From an uncultured Chloroflexia bacterium (GTDB lineage Bacteria; Chloroflexota; Anaerolineae; JAAYZQ01): a DNA stretch of 64,000 bases. Within the stretch, counting starts at the first letter, position 1, and each line of letters begins with the position of its first letter. The notes under the pieces were generated by a model. The model saw nothing but the letters and a program-made list of their open reading frames with translations. It was not told the DNA's origin and searched no databases. The stretch spans positions 14,986-78,985 of the forward strand of contig CAWANP010000008.1 in the NCBI GenBank assembly GCA_963783445.1, read 5' to 3'. The position numbers and the translations under genes were made by a program. This document shows positions 17,838 through 27,572 of the stretch, piece after piece.

Positions 17838-19304
17838 ATGGCGTCTATTGAAACTCCCGACTGGGTCCGGGACGCGGTCTTTTACCAGATCTTTCCAGAT
17901 CGGTTTGCCAGCAGCGCCCAGGTACCCAAACCATCCAACCTGGAGCCGTGGGACAGCCCGCCCACCGTCTTTGGCTTCAAGGGCGGCGATCTATTGGGCG
18001 TGGTCGAGCGCCTGGACTACCTCCAAGAGCTGGGAGTCACGGCCATCTATTTCAATCCCATCTTTCAGTCCGCAGCCAACCACCGATATCACACCCACGA
18101 CTACTATCAGGTGGATCCCATTCTGGGTGGCAACGACGCCCTGCGGACGATGCTGGACGAGGCGTACCGGCGCGGGATGCGCGTGGTCCTCGACGGGGTC
18201 TTTAACCACGCCAGCCGGGGCTTCTTTCAGTTCCATCACATTCTGGAGAACGGGCCAGCCTCCCCCTATCTGGACTGGTTCATCGCCAACAACCACCCAT
18301 TGCGCCCCTACCATTCGGAGAGGGGGCAACACGGCTATGAAGCCTGGTGGGGGCTGCCTGCCCTGCCGAAACTCAACACCTCTACGCCTGCCGTGCGCGA
18401 GTACCTGTTGGATGTGGCCTGTTATTGGATAGAGTTTGGTATCGATGGTTGGCGCCTGGACGTGCCGGCTGAAATCGACGATGATGACTTTTGGCGCGAG
18501 TTCCGCCGTCGCGTGAAGCGCATCAACCCAGAAGCCTACATCGTCGGCGAAATCTGGCACGATGCCGGACGCTGGCTGCAAGGCGACCAGTTCGACGCCG
18601 TGATGAACTACCCCTTGACCCGCGCCTGTCTGGGCTTCTTTGTGGGTGACAGGCTAAACCAAGAGGAGGTAGCCAAGTCCGGCTACCGGCATGTTGAAGC
18701 CTTGGATGCCCAAGCCTTTGCCGTAGAGATCGAGCGGATGTTGAGTCTCTACCCCCGCCCGATGACGGAGGTGCAGTTCAATCTACTGGGCAGCCACGAC
18801 ACACCCCGCTTCAGGACGCTGGCCCAAGGGGACAACTCGGCCTACCGGCTGGCCACGTTGCTCCAGATGACCTATCCCGGCGCGCCAAGCATCTACTATG
18901 GCGACGAAATAGGCATGGAGGGCGAGCACGATCCCGGCTGCCGGGGCGCGTTCCCCTGGGACGAGCAGGCATGGGACCAGGATCTGCGCGAGTACGTTCA
19001 GCGCTGTATTGCCCTGCGTAAGGCCCATCCCGCATTGCGGCGAGGTGATTTTGAGCACCTCTTTGCCGGACGCGGCATCGTGGCCTATGGCCGGCGGCTG
19101 GGACCCGAAACCCTGGTTGTGGCCTTGAACAGTGGCTGCCAGCCGGTGACGGTGGACCTGCCAGTGACAGGATACCTGGACGACGGCGCCGTCCTTCAGG
19201 ATGTGTGGAGTGACGTGGTACTGCCGGTCGTCCGGGGGAGAATCGCCGGAGTGCAAGTGCCTGCCAGGGCTGGGATCGCGTTCGCGGCGAGGGACCAGGG
19301 TTGA
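17838..19304 (+). CDS. GH13 neopullulanase/cyclomaltodextrinase-like alpha-glycosidase
   Basis: FYQIFPDRFA, GGDL.G, DGVFNH, GWRLDV, GEIW, LGSHDTPR, YYGDEIG conserved regions. Confidence 0.93.
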   Translation: MASIETPDWVRDAVFYQIFPDRFASSAQVPKPSNLEPWDSPPTVFGFKGGDLLGVVERLDYLQELGVTAIYFNPIFQSAANHRYHTHDYYQVDPILGGNDALRTMLDEAYRRGMRVVLDGVFNHASRGFFQFHHILENGPASPYLDWFIANNHPLRPYHSERGQHGYEAWWGLPALPKLNTSTPAVREYLLDVACYWIEFGIDGWRLDVPAEIDDDDFWREFRRRVKRINPEAYIVGEIWHDAGRWLQGDQFDAVMNYPLTRACLGFFVGDRLNQEEVAKSGYRHVEALDAQAFAVEIERMLSLYPRPMTEVQFNLLGSHDTPRFRTLAQGDNSAYRLATLLQMTYPGAPSIYYGDEIGMEGEHDPGCRGAFPWDEQAWDQDLREYVQRCIALRKAHPALRRGDFEHLFAGRGIVAYGRRLGPETLVVALNSGCQPVTVDLPVTGYLDDGAVLQDVWSDVVLPVVRGRIAGVQVPARAGIAFAARDQG

Positions 19305-19342
19305 GATAGAAATCTTCCGCAGCAAGTGCCTACGGGGGCGCG

Positions 19343-20128
19343 CTACCATTCCAGGAGTTCGCGCAGCTCCCTGGCCCGTACCCGGCTCAGATCTATCTCC
19401 GCACCACTGGTCAGTCGAAGGATGTGGCTACCCTTGAACCAGGGGATCACTTCTTGCACCCGATCCAGGTTGACGATGGCCGAGCGATGGGCGCGGAAAA
19501 AGTGGACTGGGTCCAGGCGGACCTCCAGTTCGGCCAAGGTGCGACGGATCGGGTAGGTCTGATCTCCCGCGTGAACAAGGACCTGCTCTTCCTGAATGTC
19601 AATCCAATCCACCTCGCCCACATCCAGCACCCGAATCCGATCCCGATCGCGCAACGCCAAGCGGGTCAGGTACCTCCCCTGGGCCGCCATGCTTTCCAGC
19701 AGCGGACGGAACTGCGTCGCAAAGCGATCCGCAGAGGGCGCACCGAGCTTGTGAGCCTCGGCGGGGGAATGCTTGGTCCGGCTGATGGCTTCCCGCAACC
19801 TCTGCTGGCTGAACGGCTTGAGCAGATAGTCGAGAGCCTGGATCTCGAAGGCGCGGATGGCATACTGGTCGTAGGCAGTGACAAAGATGATGGCTGGCGG
19901 GTGATCCAGCGCCTCGATGACACCAAAGCCGTCAAGGCCCGGCATCTGCACGTCGAGCAGCACCAGATCCGGCGACAGGCGCTCGATCATTTCCACCGCC
20001 TGCAGGCCATCCTCAGCCTCGCCGATGACCTCGACCGATTCAGTATCTGCCAATAGGCGGCGCAAGCGCTCGCGTGCGGGTTTTTCATCATCAACGATCA
20101 ACGTTCGTATCGACACCTCTTGCTCCAA
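19343..20128 (-). CDS. LytTR-family response regulator
   Basis: IVDDE, LLDVQMP, FVTAYD, DYLLKP receiver; FFRAHRSAIVN LytTR domain. Confidence 0.93.
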   Translation of the reverse strand: MEQEVSIRTLIVDDEKPARERLRRLLADTESVEVIGEAEDGLQAVEMIERLSPDLVLLDVQMPGLDGFGVIEALDHPPAIIFVTAYDQYAIRAFEIQALDYLLKPFSQQRLREAISRTKHSPAEAHKLGAPSADRFATQFRPLLESMAAQGRYLTRLALRDRDRIRVLDVGEVDWIDIQEEQVLVHAGDQTYPIRRTLAELEVRLDPVHFFRAHRSAIVNLDRVQEVIPWFKGSHILRLTSGAEIDLSRVRARELRELLEW

Positions 20129-20131
20129 TCC

Positions 20132-20458
20132 CTAGTCCTGGTGTGCTCGCTGACCGGCTGCCCCGGTGACTAACACCAAGGCGGCCGGGAGTATCAGATT
20201 GAGCGCCATTAGGATGGGGTAGGGCGACCAGCCCAGCAGGGCCACCTCCGCCATATGCACTCCTAGTCCTACGAGTCCTCCCACCAGGATCTCTCGCCGG
20301 TCAGACCATCGGTAGCCGACAATCAGTAGGATCGCATAGAAGAGAGTTCCGATCAGAGGCCCATTTGTGCGCGCCAGGAATAGGAACAGTACGTTTGTCG
20401 CTACCAGTGCCACCAGCAATGTCCGGCCAGTCCAGACCCACCGCTGCCCCGAGTCCAC
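20132..20458 (-). CDS. Small hypothetical membrane protein (about 4 TM) between kinase and regulator
   Basis: Hydrophobic ORF tightly packed in operon. Confidence 0.6.
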   Translation of the reverse strand: MDSGQRWVWTGRTLLVALVATNVLFLFLARTNGPLIGTLFYAILLIVGYRWSDRREILVGGLVGLGVHMAEVALLGWSPYPILMALNLILPAALVLVTGAAGQRAHQD

Positions 20459-21517
20459 TCACATCCTCTTTGCGACCGGGACCCTGATGGTAACTACCGT
20501 TCCATGTGGTTCGTTGTCCCGAATGGTGAGCCCGTGTTTCTCCCCATATACCAAGCGCAGGCGCTCGTCCACGTTCCGCAGACCATGCCCAGATCCTTTG
20601 CCGACCTTGTGGCTTCTGGGCATGCCTGGTCCCTGGTCTGTGATGTTGATCTCCAGCTCGTCGCCGTCCAGTTCGACGCGAATGCCCACATCGATGTTAC
20701 CATTGGCCCCGCTGCCATGCTGGACTGCATTCTCCATCAGAGGCTGGAGAACCAGACCGGGGATCAGCACACCCAGAGCCTCCGGGTCGATCGCCCGGCT
20801 GACCCGCAACCGCTTCCCGAAGCGGGCTTGCTCGATCTCCAGATAGTTGTCCAGGAAAGACAGGCTTTCCTCCAGGGGTACCCACCCCCGCTCGCTGCCG
20901 TTCAGCACGTAGCGAAACATCTCAGCCAGCCGCTCGACCGTGTCCTCGGCCTTGTCAGAGTCCGTATGGATCAGTTGGGCGATCGTATTCAACGTGTTAA
21001 AGAGAAAATGGGGGTTGACCTGGGCTCTCAGTGCCCGTAGCTCCGCCTCTGTAGCCAGCGCCCGGAGCTGCGCCTCCTGGCTCTCCTTCTCCTGCAACCG
21101 CCGGAAGTAGCGCAACGCCAGCTCGGTGCCATGGATGATGGGAAAAGCGAGCGCCATGCCGACCACCGGGATCCAGGCTGCCCAAGGGGCAAGCTCGAAG
21201 CCAAAGACGCTGCTGGAGACGAAGAGAGTAACCATTACCCCGAGGACGTGGTCAACGAGAGTGAGGGTCATTTCCAGGCCCAGGCGCAGCCAGTCCCAGG
21301 ACAGGGCCTCCAGGTGGGGGTGGAGCAGCCTCTGATCCAGCCAGGAGAACAGGCAGATGGTGCCGCTCATGGCCAAGCCGGTGACGAAGGAGACCGGCCA
21401 GTTCCTTGTGGCATAGCCGACACCCAGGGCAAAGGCGAGCGCGGGCAAGCCGAACTCTGTCAGCACGCGCAGGGCAGCGGAATCCTGCCATTGGCCACCA
21501 CCTGTCTGCTCTTCCAC
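20459..21517 (-). CDS. LytS/YehU-type sensor histidine kinase
   Basis: N-terminal TMs; LRAQVNPHFLFNTLN, LQPLMENA, DQGPG, GHGLRNV; GTG start after AAGGAG. Confidence 0.92.
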   Translation of the reverse strand: MEEQTGGGQWQDSAALRVLTEFGLPALAFALGVGYATRNWPVSFVTGLAMSGTICLFSWLDQRLLHPHLEALSWDWLRLGLEMTLTLVDHVLGVMVTLFVSSSVFGFELAPWAAWIPVVGMALAFPIIHGTELALRYFRRLQEKESQEAQLRALATEAELRALRAQVNPHFLFNTLNTIAQLIHTDSDKAEDTVERLAEMFRYVLNGSERGWVPLEESLSFLDNYLEIEQARFGKRLRVSRAIDPEALGVLIPGLVLQPLMENAVQHGSGANGNIDVGIRVELDGDELEINITDQGPGMPRSHKVGKGSGHGLRNVDERLRLVYGEKHGLTIRDNEPHGTVVTIRVPVAKRM

Positions 21518-21643
21518 TGAAAACTCCTTCACGCCAACCGTCCGTCCTATCATATACTCAATCCGGCGGGCTGGCAAGTCAAACTTCTGGACAGCGGTTG
21601 TTGAATCCCCAGCCAGGCAGCATAGGTGATGGATGAAGCTCCC

Positions 21644-22399
21644 TCACACCGAGGCTGTCCCGTCGACGGGCCGGAGACGGTGGCTCAAGGCTAGCCAGCC
21701 CACGACCAGAGCCAGAGCGATGAGCCAGGCCAGCCTGCCCAGCAGACCACCCTCAGGTCCGTAGCTGCCTCCCGTCACCAGCGTACTGCCAACCGCTTGC
21801 TGTGTCACCAGGCCCCCTAGGTCAAACCCGCTGACGGGAAAGCCCACTACCGGTCCCTGAAAAGCGTTCCAGCCAAAATGCACGGCAAACGGCAGCCATA
21901 TGCGCCCGCTCCACAGGAAGGCGATCCCGTACAGCAGCCCGTCCAGCCCATTCCCAAAAACCGACAGCACCGAAGCACTTGGATTCCCGGCGTGCGCCAG
22001 ACCAAAGAGAGCAGCCATGACACCCAGGGCCAGCCAGGACCTGCGGAATAGGAGGGCCAATCCACCCAGCATGAGACCGCGGAAGATAAACTCCTCCTCG
22101 AAGGCAAAGGCGGCACGTTTCAGGAGTTCAGCCCAGAAACCTACGTCAGGAGGGTGCAGGCCATCGACCCGCAGCAGGCCGAGCATCCAGCCCACGACAA
22201 AGATACCGACCATGACCAGGCCGCTAATCAGGAGCCCAACGCCCAGGTCGCACAGGGTCCACACGTCGAAACGCAACCCCAGCCCTTCCCACCAAGGAAT
22301 CTGGGTTCTGCGCCAATGCTGCACGGCCACGAAGCCGCAGCCCATGGAAATCACGACCATCGGAGCTATAATCCAGAACACGTTTTTCCCCCTTTCCAA
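21644..22399 (-). CDS. CPBP (Abi/CAAX) intramembrane metalloprotease
   Basis: EEFIFRG, FGLAH, HFGWN, GGSYGPEGG motifs. Confidence 0.88.
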   Translation of the reverse strand: MERGKNVFWIIAPMVVISMGCGFVAVQHWRRTQIPWWEGLGLRFDVWTLCDLGVGLLISGLVMVGIFVVGWMLGLLRVDGLHPPDVGFWAELLKRAAFAFEEEFIFRGLMLGGLALLFRRSWLALGVMAALFGLAHAGNPSASVLSVFGNGLDGLLYGIAFLWSGRIWLPFAVHFGWNAFQGPVVGFPVSGFDLGGLVTQQAVGSTLVTGGSYGPEGGLLGRLAWLIALALVVGWLALSHRLRPVDGTASV

Positions 22400-22455
22400 G
22401 CGTGCAACCTGGCGTGCGGATCCTCAGACTCCCAACGTGCTGAGAAGGGTCGTCG

Positions 22456-23127
22456 CTAGTCGGCCCCTCGGTGCTCCACGAGGTGTACCACGTGGAGGCT
22501 CGATGGTCGAAGGCGCCAGTATCTGATTAGCACCACCAGAGCGTATACGCCTGCTGCGAACAGGATGCAGTCCTCATAACAGTCCAGAACGCCAAAGCAT
22601 TTGGGCAAGCCCATCAGGGCCCAGGGCAACAAGAAGACATAGACCTTCTTGTCCACTATGGGTGCTGCCGCGGCGACCAAGGCCAGGGCAAACACCGTCA
22701 GCGGGCAGGGGAACATGGGCATCAGCCTCCGTGGGTATAGGTGCCCCAGAGGCCATCCGAGCAGAGGGTAGAGGAAAGCGAGGGCGATCCAAGAGACCGT
22801 CAATACCTTCCGCCATCTCTCCTCCGGCAGCCGGAAGTGGGTCCTCTTGGTCCGGACATCCGCGGCGAACAGGATAGCCACGATGATGAATAGCGGGGCT
22901 CCGGTGAACATAGAAACCGGATTCCCCAGGAAGACCAGGAAAAACGCGATGCCATTCCAGGCGAAGGCAAAGGATAGGAACACCTTCATCAGGATATCAG
23001 TTTTCGTGCCTGGCCTGGCAAACACCCGGTACGTCAAGAACGCCGCTATGGCAGCCAGGAGCAGTTGCAGTGGCCACGTACCCTCGTTGTACACACTCAC
23101 CTGGGTCCAGAATGCTTCGGTACTCAT
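22456..23127 (-). CDS. Membrane protein, DUF6064-like
   Basis: FW....YN...WPLQ start, multiple TMs, PCP motif; AAGGAGG RBS. Confidence 0.65.
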   Translation of the reverse strand: MSTEAFWTQVSVYNEGTWPLQLLLAAIAAFLTYRVFARPGTKTDILMKVFLSFAFAWNGIAFFLVFLGNPVSMFTGAPLFIIVAILFAADVRTKRTHFRLPEERWRKVLTVSWIALAFLYPLLGWPLGHLYPRRLMPMFPCPLTVFALALVAAAAPIVDKKVYVFLLPWALMGLPKCFGVLDCYEDCILFAAGVYALVVLIRYWRLRPSSLHVVHLVEHRGAD

Positions 23128-23193
23128 TGCTGTGCCTCCTTCACTGTGCTCTCATAGTACCAGATTGGGAGAGCAGTAGCAATGGTTTTCCGG

Positions 23194-23246
23194 CAAACAG
23201 TCGGGACTGGCGGGTGAACGGTCGAGGAGAAAGCGCCAAACGTGGG
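23194..23246 (-). promoter_or_regulatory. Candidate LytTR-binding direct repeats
   Basis: CAAACAGTCG / TGAACGGTCG / CAAACGTGGG at 21-22 bp period, upstream of a TACTAT -10 on the minus strand. Confidence 0.5.
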
Positions 23247-23264
23247 ATCTCTGCCAGCGGTCAC

Positions 23265-23293
23265 TTGACGCCATCACATTTGTGGCCTATATT
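23265..23293 (+). promoter_or_regulatory. sigma70 promoter for MFS gene
   Basis: TTGACG-17bp-TATATT. Confidence 0.6.
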
Positions 23294-23330
23294 TGTCTCT
23301 GCTCTACGTTAATCCAGGGCAGGAGATTCC

Positions 23331-24563
23331 TTGGCTGGTTCCAGTAGATTGCACAGCATCAAGCGCCTCATCGCCGAGTACCCCCGCCAGTTCTGGCTGC
23401 TCTTCGCCGGCATGCTCATCAGCGCAGTCGGCGGCAGTATGGTCTGGCCATTCCTGACGATCATTGTCCGGCAGCGTTTGGACATTCCCCTGACGATGGT
23501 CGGCCTGTTGCTGGCGCTCAACTCAGCCTCTGCGTTGGTCGCGACCCTGATCGCCGGTCCTGTGGCCGATCGCCTCGGTCGCAAGGGCGTCATGGTTTTC
23601 AGCTTGTTCGCCAGTACCCTCATCTATGTGGCCATGAGCCAGGCCAGCAGCCTGCCGGCTTGGGCCATTCTGATGGTGGCCAACGGGGCGCTCAACCCCT
23701 TGTTCCGCGTTGGAAGCGACGCAATGGTGGCCGACCTGCTGCCGCCCGAGCAGAGATCGGGCGCCTACGCCTTGATCCGCATGAGTAACAACGTGGGGAT
23801 TGCCGTTGGTCCAGCGGTTGGAGGATTCCTGGCCGCCGTTTCCTATGACTGGGCCTTTTATGCCGCGGCTGCGGCGTCGGCCGCATTTGGCCTGCTCGTC
23901 CTGTTCTTTGTCACCGAGACACTCCCCTCGCCGCAGGAGGAACAGGGTGAGAGCGAGACCAGCGGGGGCTATGGTCGCCTATTGCGCGACAGGCGATTCC
24001 TGGCTTTCTGTGCTGTCACGACGCTGGCCATCGTGCCTTCAGCCCTCGTGTTTGTGCTGCTGCCGGTCTATGGCAAGGAGCAATACGGTGTGGTGGAAAG
24101 CCAGTACGGTTTTGTGATGGCGACCAACGCGGCCATGGTGGTCCTGTTCCAGTATGCCGTCACCAAAAGAACCAAACAGTACCCTGCCCTTCCAGTCATG
24201 GCCGCCGGGGCCGTTCTTTATGCTCTGGGGGTGGGAAGCATCGCACTGGGTACCGGATTCGTGCATTTTCTGCTGAGCATGGTCGTGATTACCATCGGCG
24301 AAATGCTCCTGATCCCGACCGGCACGACGCTGGCGGCCAACCTTTCCCCTCCCGACATGCGGGGACGGTATATGGGCTTCTACGGCCTCACCTGGCGGCT
24401 GGGCATCGGCCTTGGCCCGGTGATCGGGGGCTTCCTCAACGACCAGATCGGGCCAGCCGCCATTTGGTATGGTGGCCTGATCGCCGGCCTGGCTGCGGGG
24501 GTGGGCTATCTGCTACTGGGGTGGCTGACACGGGGCAAGAAACATGGGGAGCCTGCAAGCTGA
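23331..24563 (+). CDS. MFS transporter (MdtH-like)
   Basis: GPVADRLGRK motif A, about 12 TM, RGRYMG. Confidence 0.9.
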   Translation: MAGSSRLHSIKRLIAEYPRQFWLLFAGMLISAVGGSMVWPFLTIIVRQRLDIPLTMVGLLLALNSASALVATLIAGPVADRLGRKGVMVFSLFASTLIYVAMSQASSLPAWAILMVANGALNPLFRVGSDAMVADLLPPEQRSGAYALIRMSNNVGIAVGPAVGGFLAAVSYDWAFYAAAAASAAFGLLVLFFVTETLPSPQEEQGESETSGGYGRLLRDRRFLAFCAVTTLAIVPSALVFVLLPVYGKEQYGVVESQYGFVMATNAAMVVLFQYAVTKRTKQYPALPVMAAGAVLYALGVGSIALGTGFVHFLLSMVVITIGEMLLIPTGTTLAANLSPPDMRGRYMGFYGLTWRLGIGLGPVIGGFLNDQIGPAAIWYGGLIAGLAAGVGYLLLGWLTRGKKHGEPAS

Positions 24564-24724
24564 GGCTTTGGACGATGGCCTCCAAAAAACCCAGCCAAGC
24601 TGGCGTCCGGCATTCCAGGAGCGACTCAGCGAGGAGGCTTGCCCCACTATGTCTCAAGCATGCAGAAGAGCGCCGCCTGTCCAAGACAGACAGCGCCCTC
24701 CAACTGCTTCCGGGCGGTCGAACC

Positions 24725-25231
24725 CTACTCTACCTCAAAGAAGCGATTGTGTCGCGCTCCACAGATAGGGCACCTGTCCGGCGCTTCGCCATAGACCGTA
24801 TTGCCGCAGACGTCACAGACAAAGATCCGCTCTTCTGACAGATCCTTGCCGGCCTTCACGGCAGCCAGGGCCTCGATGTACAGGTTGTAGTGGATCTCCT
24901 CGACGTCCAGGGCGTTCTTGAAGGAATTCGCAGCCTTCCTGTCGCCCTGTTCTTCAGCCTGGGCCAGATAGGGCGGATACATCTCCTGGAATTCAAAGCC
25001 TTCGCCGTCAGCGGCCGCCTGCAGGTTTTCAGCGGTATCCTTGATGCCGCCCATGGCCCGCAGGTGGGCCATGGCGTGGACGGTCTCCGCCCCGGCCGCC
25101 GCGCGAAAGAGCTTGGCGACCTGAGGGTAGCCATCAGCCTCTGCTTTCTTGGCAAAAGCCAGATACTTTCGATTGGCCTGGCTCTCGCCGGCAAAGGCAT
25201 CCTGGAGATTTTCGATCGTTGCCATAGTCAT
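24725..25231 (-). CDS. rbr: Rubrerythrin
   Basis: AFAGESQANRKY, ETVHA, EEIH di-iron ligands; C-terminal CDVCG..CPICG. Confidence 0.93.
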   Translation of the reverse strand: MTMATIENLQDAFAGESQANRKYLAFAKKAEADGYPQVAKLFRAAAGAETVHAMAHLRAMGGIKDTAENLQAAADGEGFEFQEMYPPYLAQAEEQGDRKAANSFKNALDVEEIHYNLYIEALAAVKAGKDLSEERIFVCDVCGNTVYGEAPDRCPICGARHNRFFEVE

Positions 25232-25269
25232 TGTCCTTTCTTCCGAGTTTTGTACCGAACCCCCAGGCC

Positions 25270-26682
25270 CTAGACGTGTTCTATGGCCGTATGGTTCGAG
25301 ATCTCTGAGTTTGTCGTACAGAGGTCTGAGATCGATAAGTCGTGCACATCACTGTGGCCGGTCAGCCGGGCAAAGGTCTCGAGTTCCGCTGTGGATACCC
25401 TCAGAAACCTCTCCAGCCGCCCCGCCGCTGCCTCAATGTCCACCCTTGCCCGCAATTCGGGGTCCTGTGTGGCGATGCCCACAGGGCATCTGCCCGTATG
25501 GCAGAGCCTGTACTGCTGGCAGCCCGCAGCCATCATGGCCGCTGTGCCAATCGCAATGCCGTCGGCCCCCAACGCCAGCGCTTTGGCAAAGTCGGGCGAG
25601 ATCCGCAGACCGCCCGTAATCAGCAGGGACACGCCCTCCACCCCGTTTCGATCCAGGTACTCCCTGGCCCGGCAGAGGGCAAACACTGTCGGAACAGAGG
25701 TATTGCTCTTCACGAACCTGGGCGCCGCGCCCGTCGCTCCCGGCCGGCCGTCGATGGTAATAAAATCCGGGCCGGCAAATAGCGCTACCTCCAGATCATC
25801 TTCTACGTTGCCGGCAGCGAACTTGATCCCGATCGGTTTGCCCCCGGACTTGGCACGGAGCCAATCCACCCTCTTTCTGAGATCGTGCTTGTCCTTGATG
25901 TCCGGGAAATGAGAGGGGCTGATGATATCGAAACCCTGAGGAAAGCCCCGGATGGCGGCGATCTCGGCGGTCACTTTTTCGGCTGGCAGGTGGCCGCCCA
26001 TGCCGGGCTTCGCGCTCTGCCCTATCTTGATCTCGATGGCATCCACGCGCTGCAGGTACTCGTCCGTCACGCTGTAGCGGTTGGGGACGTATTCAAAAAC
26101 GTATTTGTAGGCACTCGCCAACGATTCGTCCAGAATGCCACCTTCGCCCGAGCACATGGCGGTCTTGACTGCGGCACTGCCCCTGGCCAGTGCCACCTTG
26201 ATCTCCTTCGAAAGCGCGCCAAAGGACATGTGGGTGACATAGATGGGGGATTCAATCACCAGCGGGTGCTCCGCCCTGGGTCCAATGATGGTCTGGGTAT
26301 TGACCGCATCCTCCTCATTGAGCGGCAGTCTGGCCAGTTGGGCGCCCTTGATCAGCAGATCGTCCCAGGAAATGACAGGCGCCGGGGTCCGCATGGGCTC
26401 AATGATTGACTCCCCACTGGTGGCCATCTGGTGGATGGCAGCCATATAGACTTCCTGCTCGTCGCCCTTGCGGGTCCATTCCCCCGGAAATCCGGTGGCG
26501 GCCGTTGTTTCCGGTGCTGGCGGCTGGGCTTGAACAGGTGACGCCGGCTGGATGAGACGAAAGTCCGACTTGTCTGCGCCACAGGCAGGGCACTCCCACT
26601 CATCACCCAGTTCGTCCCAGGAAATTCCCTCCAACTCTTCATCATAGATGAAGCCACAGACGTCACATTCGTAGACAGCCAT
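25270..26682 (-). CDS. Rubredoxin fused to FMN-binding glutamate-synthase-like domain
   Basis: N-terminal YECDVCGFIYD...WECPACG; MSFGALS, SGEGG, EIKIGQSAKPGMGGHL, CQQYRLCHTGRCP. Confidence 0.88.
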   Translation of the reverse strand: MAVYECDVCGFIYDEELEGISWDELGDEWECPACGADKSDFRLIQPASPVQAQPPAPETTAATGFPGEWTRKGDEQEVYMAAIHQMATSGESIIEPMRTPAPVISWDDLLIKGAQLARLPLNEEDAVNTQTIIGPRAEHPLVIESPIYVTHMSFGALSKEIKVALARGSAAVKTAMCSGEGGILDESLASAYKYVFEYVPNRYSVTDEYLQRVDAIEIKIGQSAKPGMGGHLPAEKVTAEIAAIRGFPQGFDIISPSHFPDIKDKHDLRKRVDWLRAKSGGKPIGIKFAAGNVEDDLEVALFAGPDFITIDGRPGATGAAPRFVKSNTSVPTVFALCRAREYLDRNGVEGVSLLITGGLRISPDFAKALALGADGIAIGTAAMMAAGCQQYRLCHTGRCPVGIATQDPELRARVDIEAAAGRLERFLRVSTAELETFARLTGHSDVHDLSISDLCTTNSEISNHTAIEHV

Positions 26683-26792
26683 GTCAACGGTACCCTTCTC
26701 TCAATAGAAGCCTGACAGCTCGTCCTGTCGCGACCAGCCTGGTGAGTGTCGATACAATCACGTACGACAGAACGGGGAATCATCTGCGGAGG

Positions 26793-26821
26793 ATTATACA
26801 ACAGGGGAAACCAAATGTCAA
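26793..26821 (-). promoter_or_regulatory. Consensus sigma70 promoter for rubredoxin-GltS/rubrerythrin operon
   Basis: Minus strand TTGACA-17bp-TATAAT. Confidence 0.72.
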
Positions 26822-27220
26822 TTGCGCCCAATTTGGTGATGTATACGATGGTGAGGAAATGTTATGGGCGAACGGGCTACTGTGTCACTGTATCACTGTC
26901 CCTGAGTGTGCCCTCAGCTTTACGTTCCCCCATTCTGATTGGCGCCGAAGCCGAACAGTTTGCCGATGGCAGATGCACTCTGGGTGAGTCTATGGTATAA
27001 TGGACCCTGCACTTTCCATAGCATAGGATTTCGGGACAGACTGTGGTCATGCCTGGAATGACAGATGAAGCAAGTTCCCTGATCCATACCAGACTCTACC
27101 ATGCCCGTAGAAAGATGAAGCACCACATAGCGCGAAAGAGCGGGTCCAGTCATCGTGAAGAGCAGGACTGGCCCCCGCCATCAGCGCCAGCCCGCAACCT
27201 CGCTGGCACAGGCTGTGCAA

Positions 27221-27275
27221 TGGACACCTGTACAGGGTTGTCACTGGACACCTGTACAGGTCCAGTACTGTACAA
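27221..27275. repeat. 16-bp direct repeat x2 (TGGACACCTGTACAGG) plus a partial third copy
   Basis: Copies at 27221 and 27245, each containing the palindrome CCTGTACAGG. Confidence 0.7.
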
Positions 27276-27572
27276 AAGGTTGATGCGCGAGAAGCGATAT
27301 TGTGATACAATTGATCTGCGTTGACTTGCTCCAGTTCAATCGCGGGCTGCGAAGCCAGTTCCCGGGCCAGATACTGGGCCCCAGTCAAGAGCTATCTGGA
27401 CGACAGCTATCCCACCCGGATAGGAGACATGAACATCACCACCGAGAGTAAGGGAGGCCACCTGTGTGTCCTCCCATTGGCAAAGAAGGCAGTACCGGCC
27501 AGCGGGTTGAGTACCTTCTTTGAAGTGCGGCACTCGCTGTAATCGGGAAAGTCAGAGACGAGGAAAGGCGAT

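Noticed and set aside
27221-27275. Possible mini-CRISPR
   Set aside because: Only two 16-bp repeats with an 8-bp spacer, and no cas genes.
27429-27542. Leader-peptide ORF MNITTESK... before ppk2
   Set aside because: The SD-like AGGAGA is too close to the ATG and the peptide has no telling composition.
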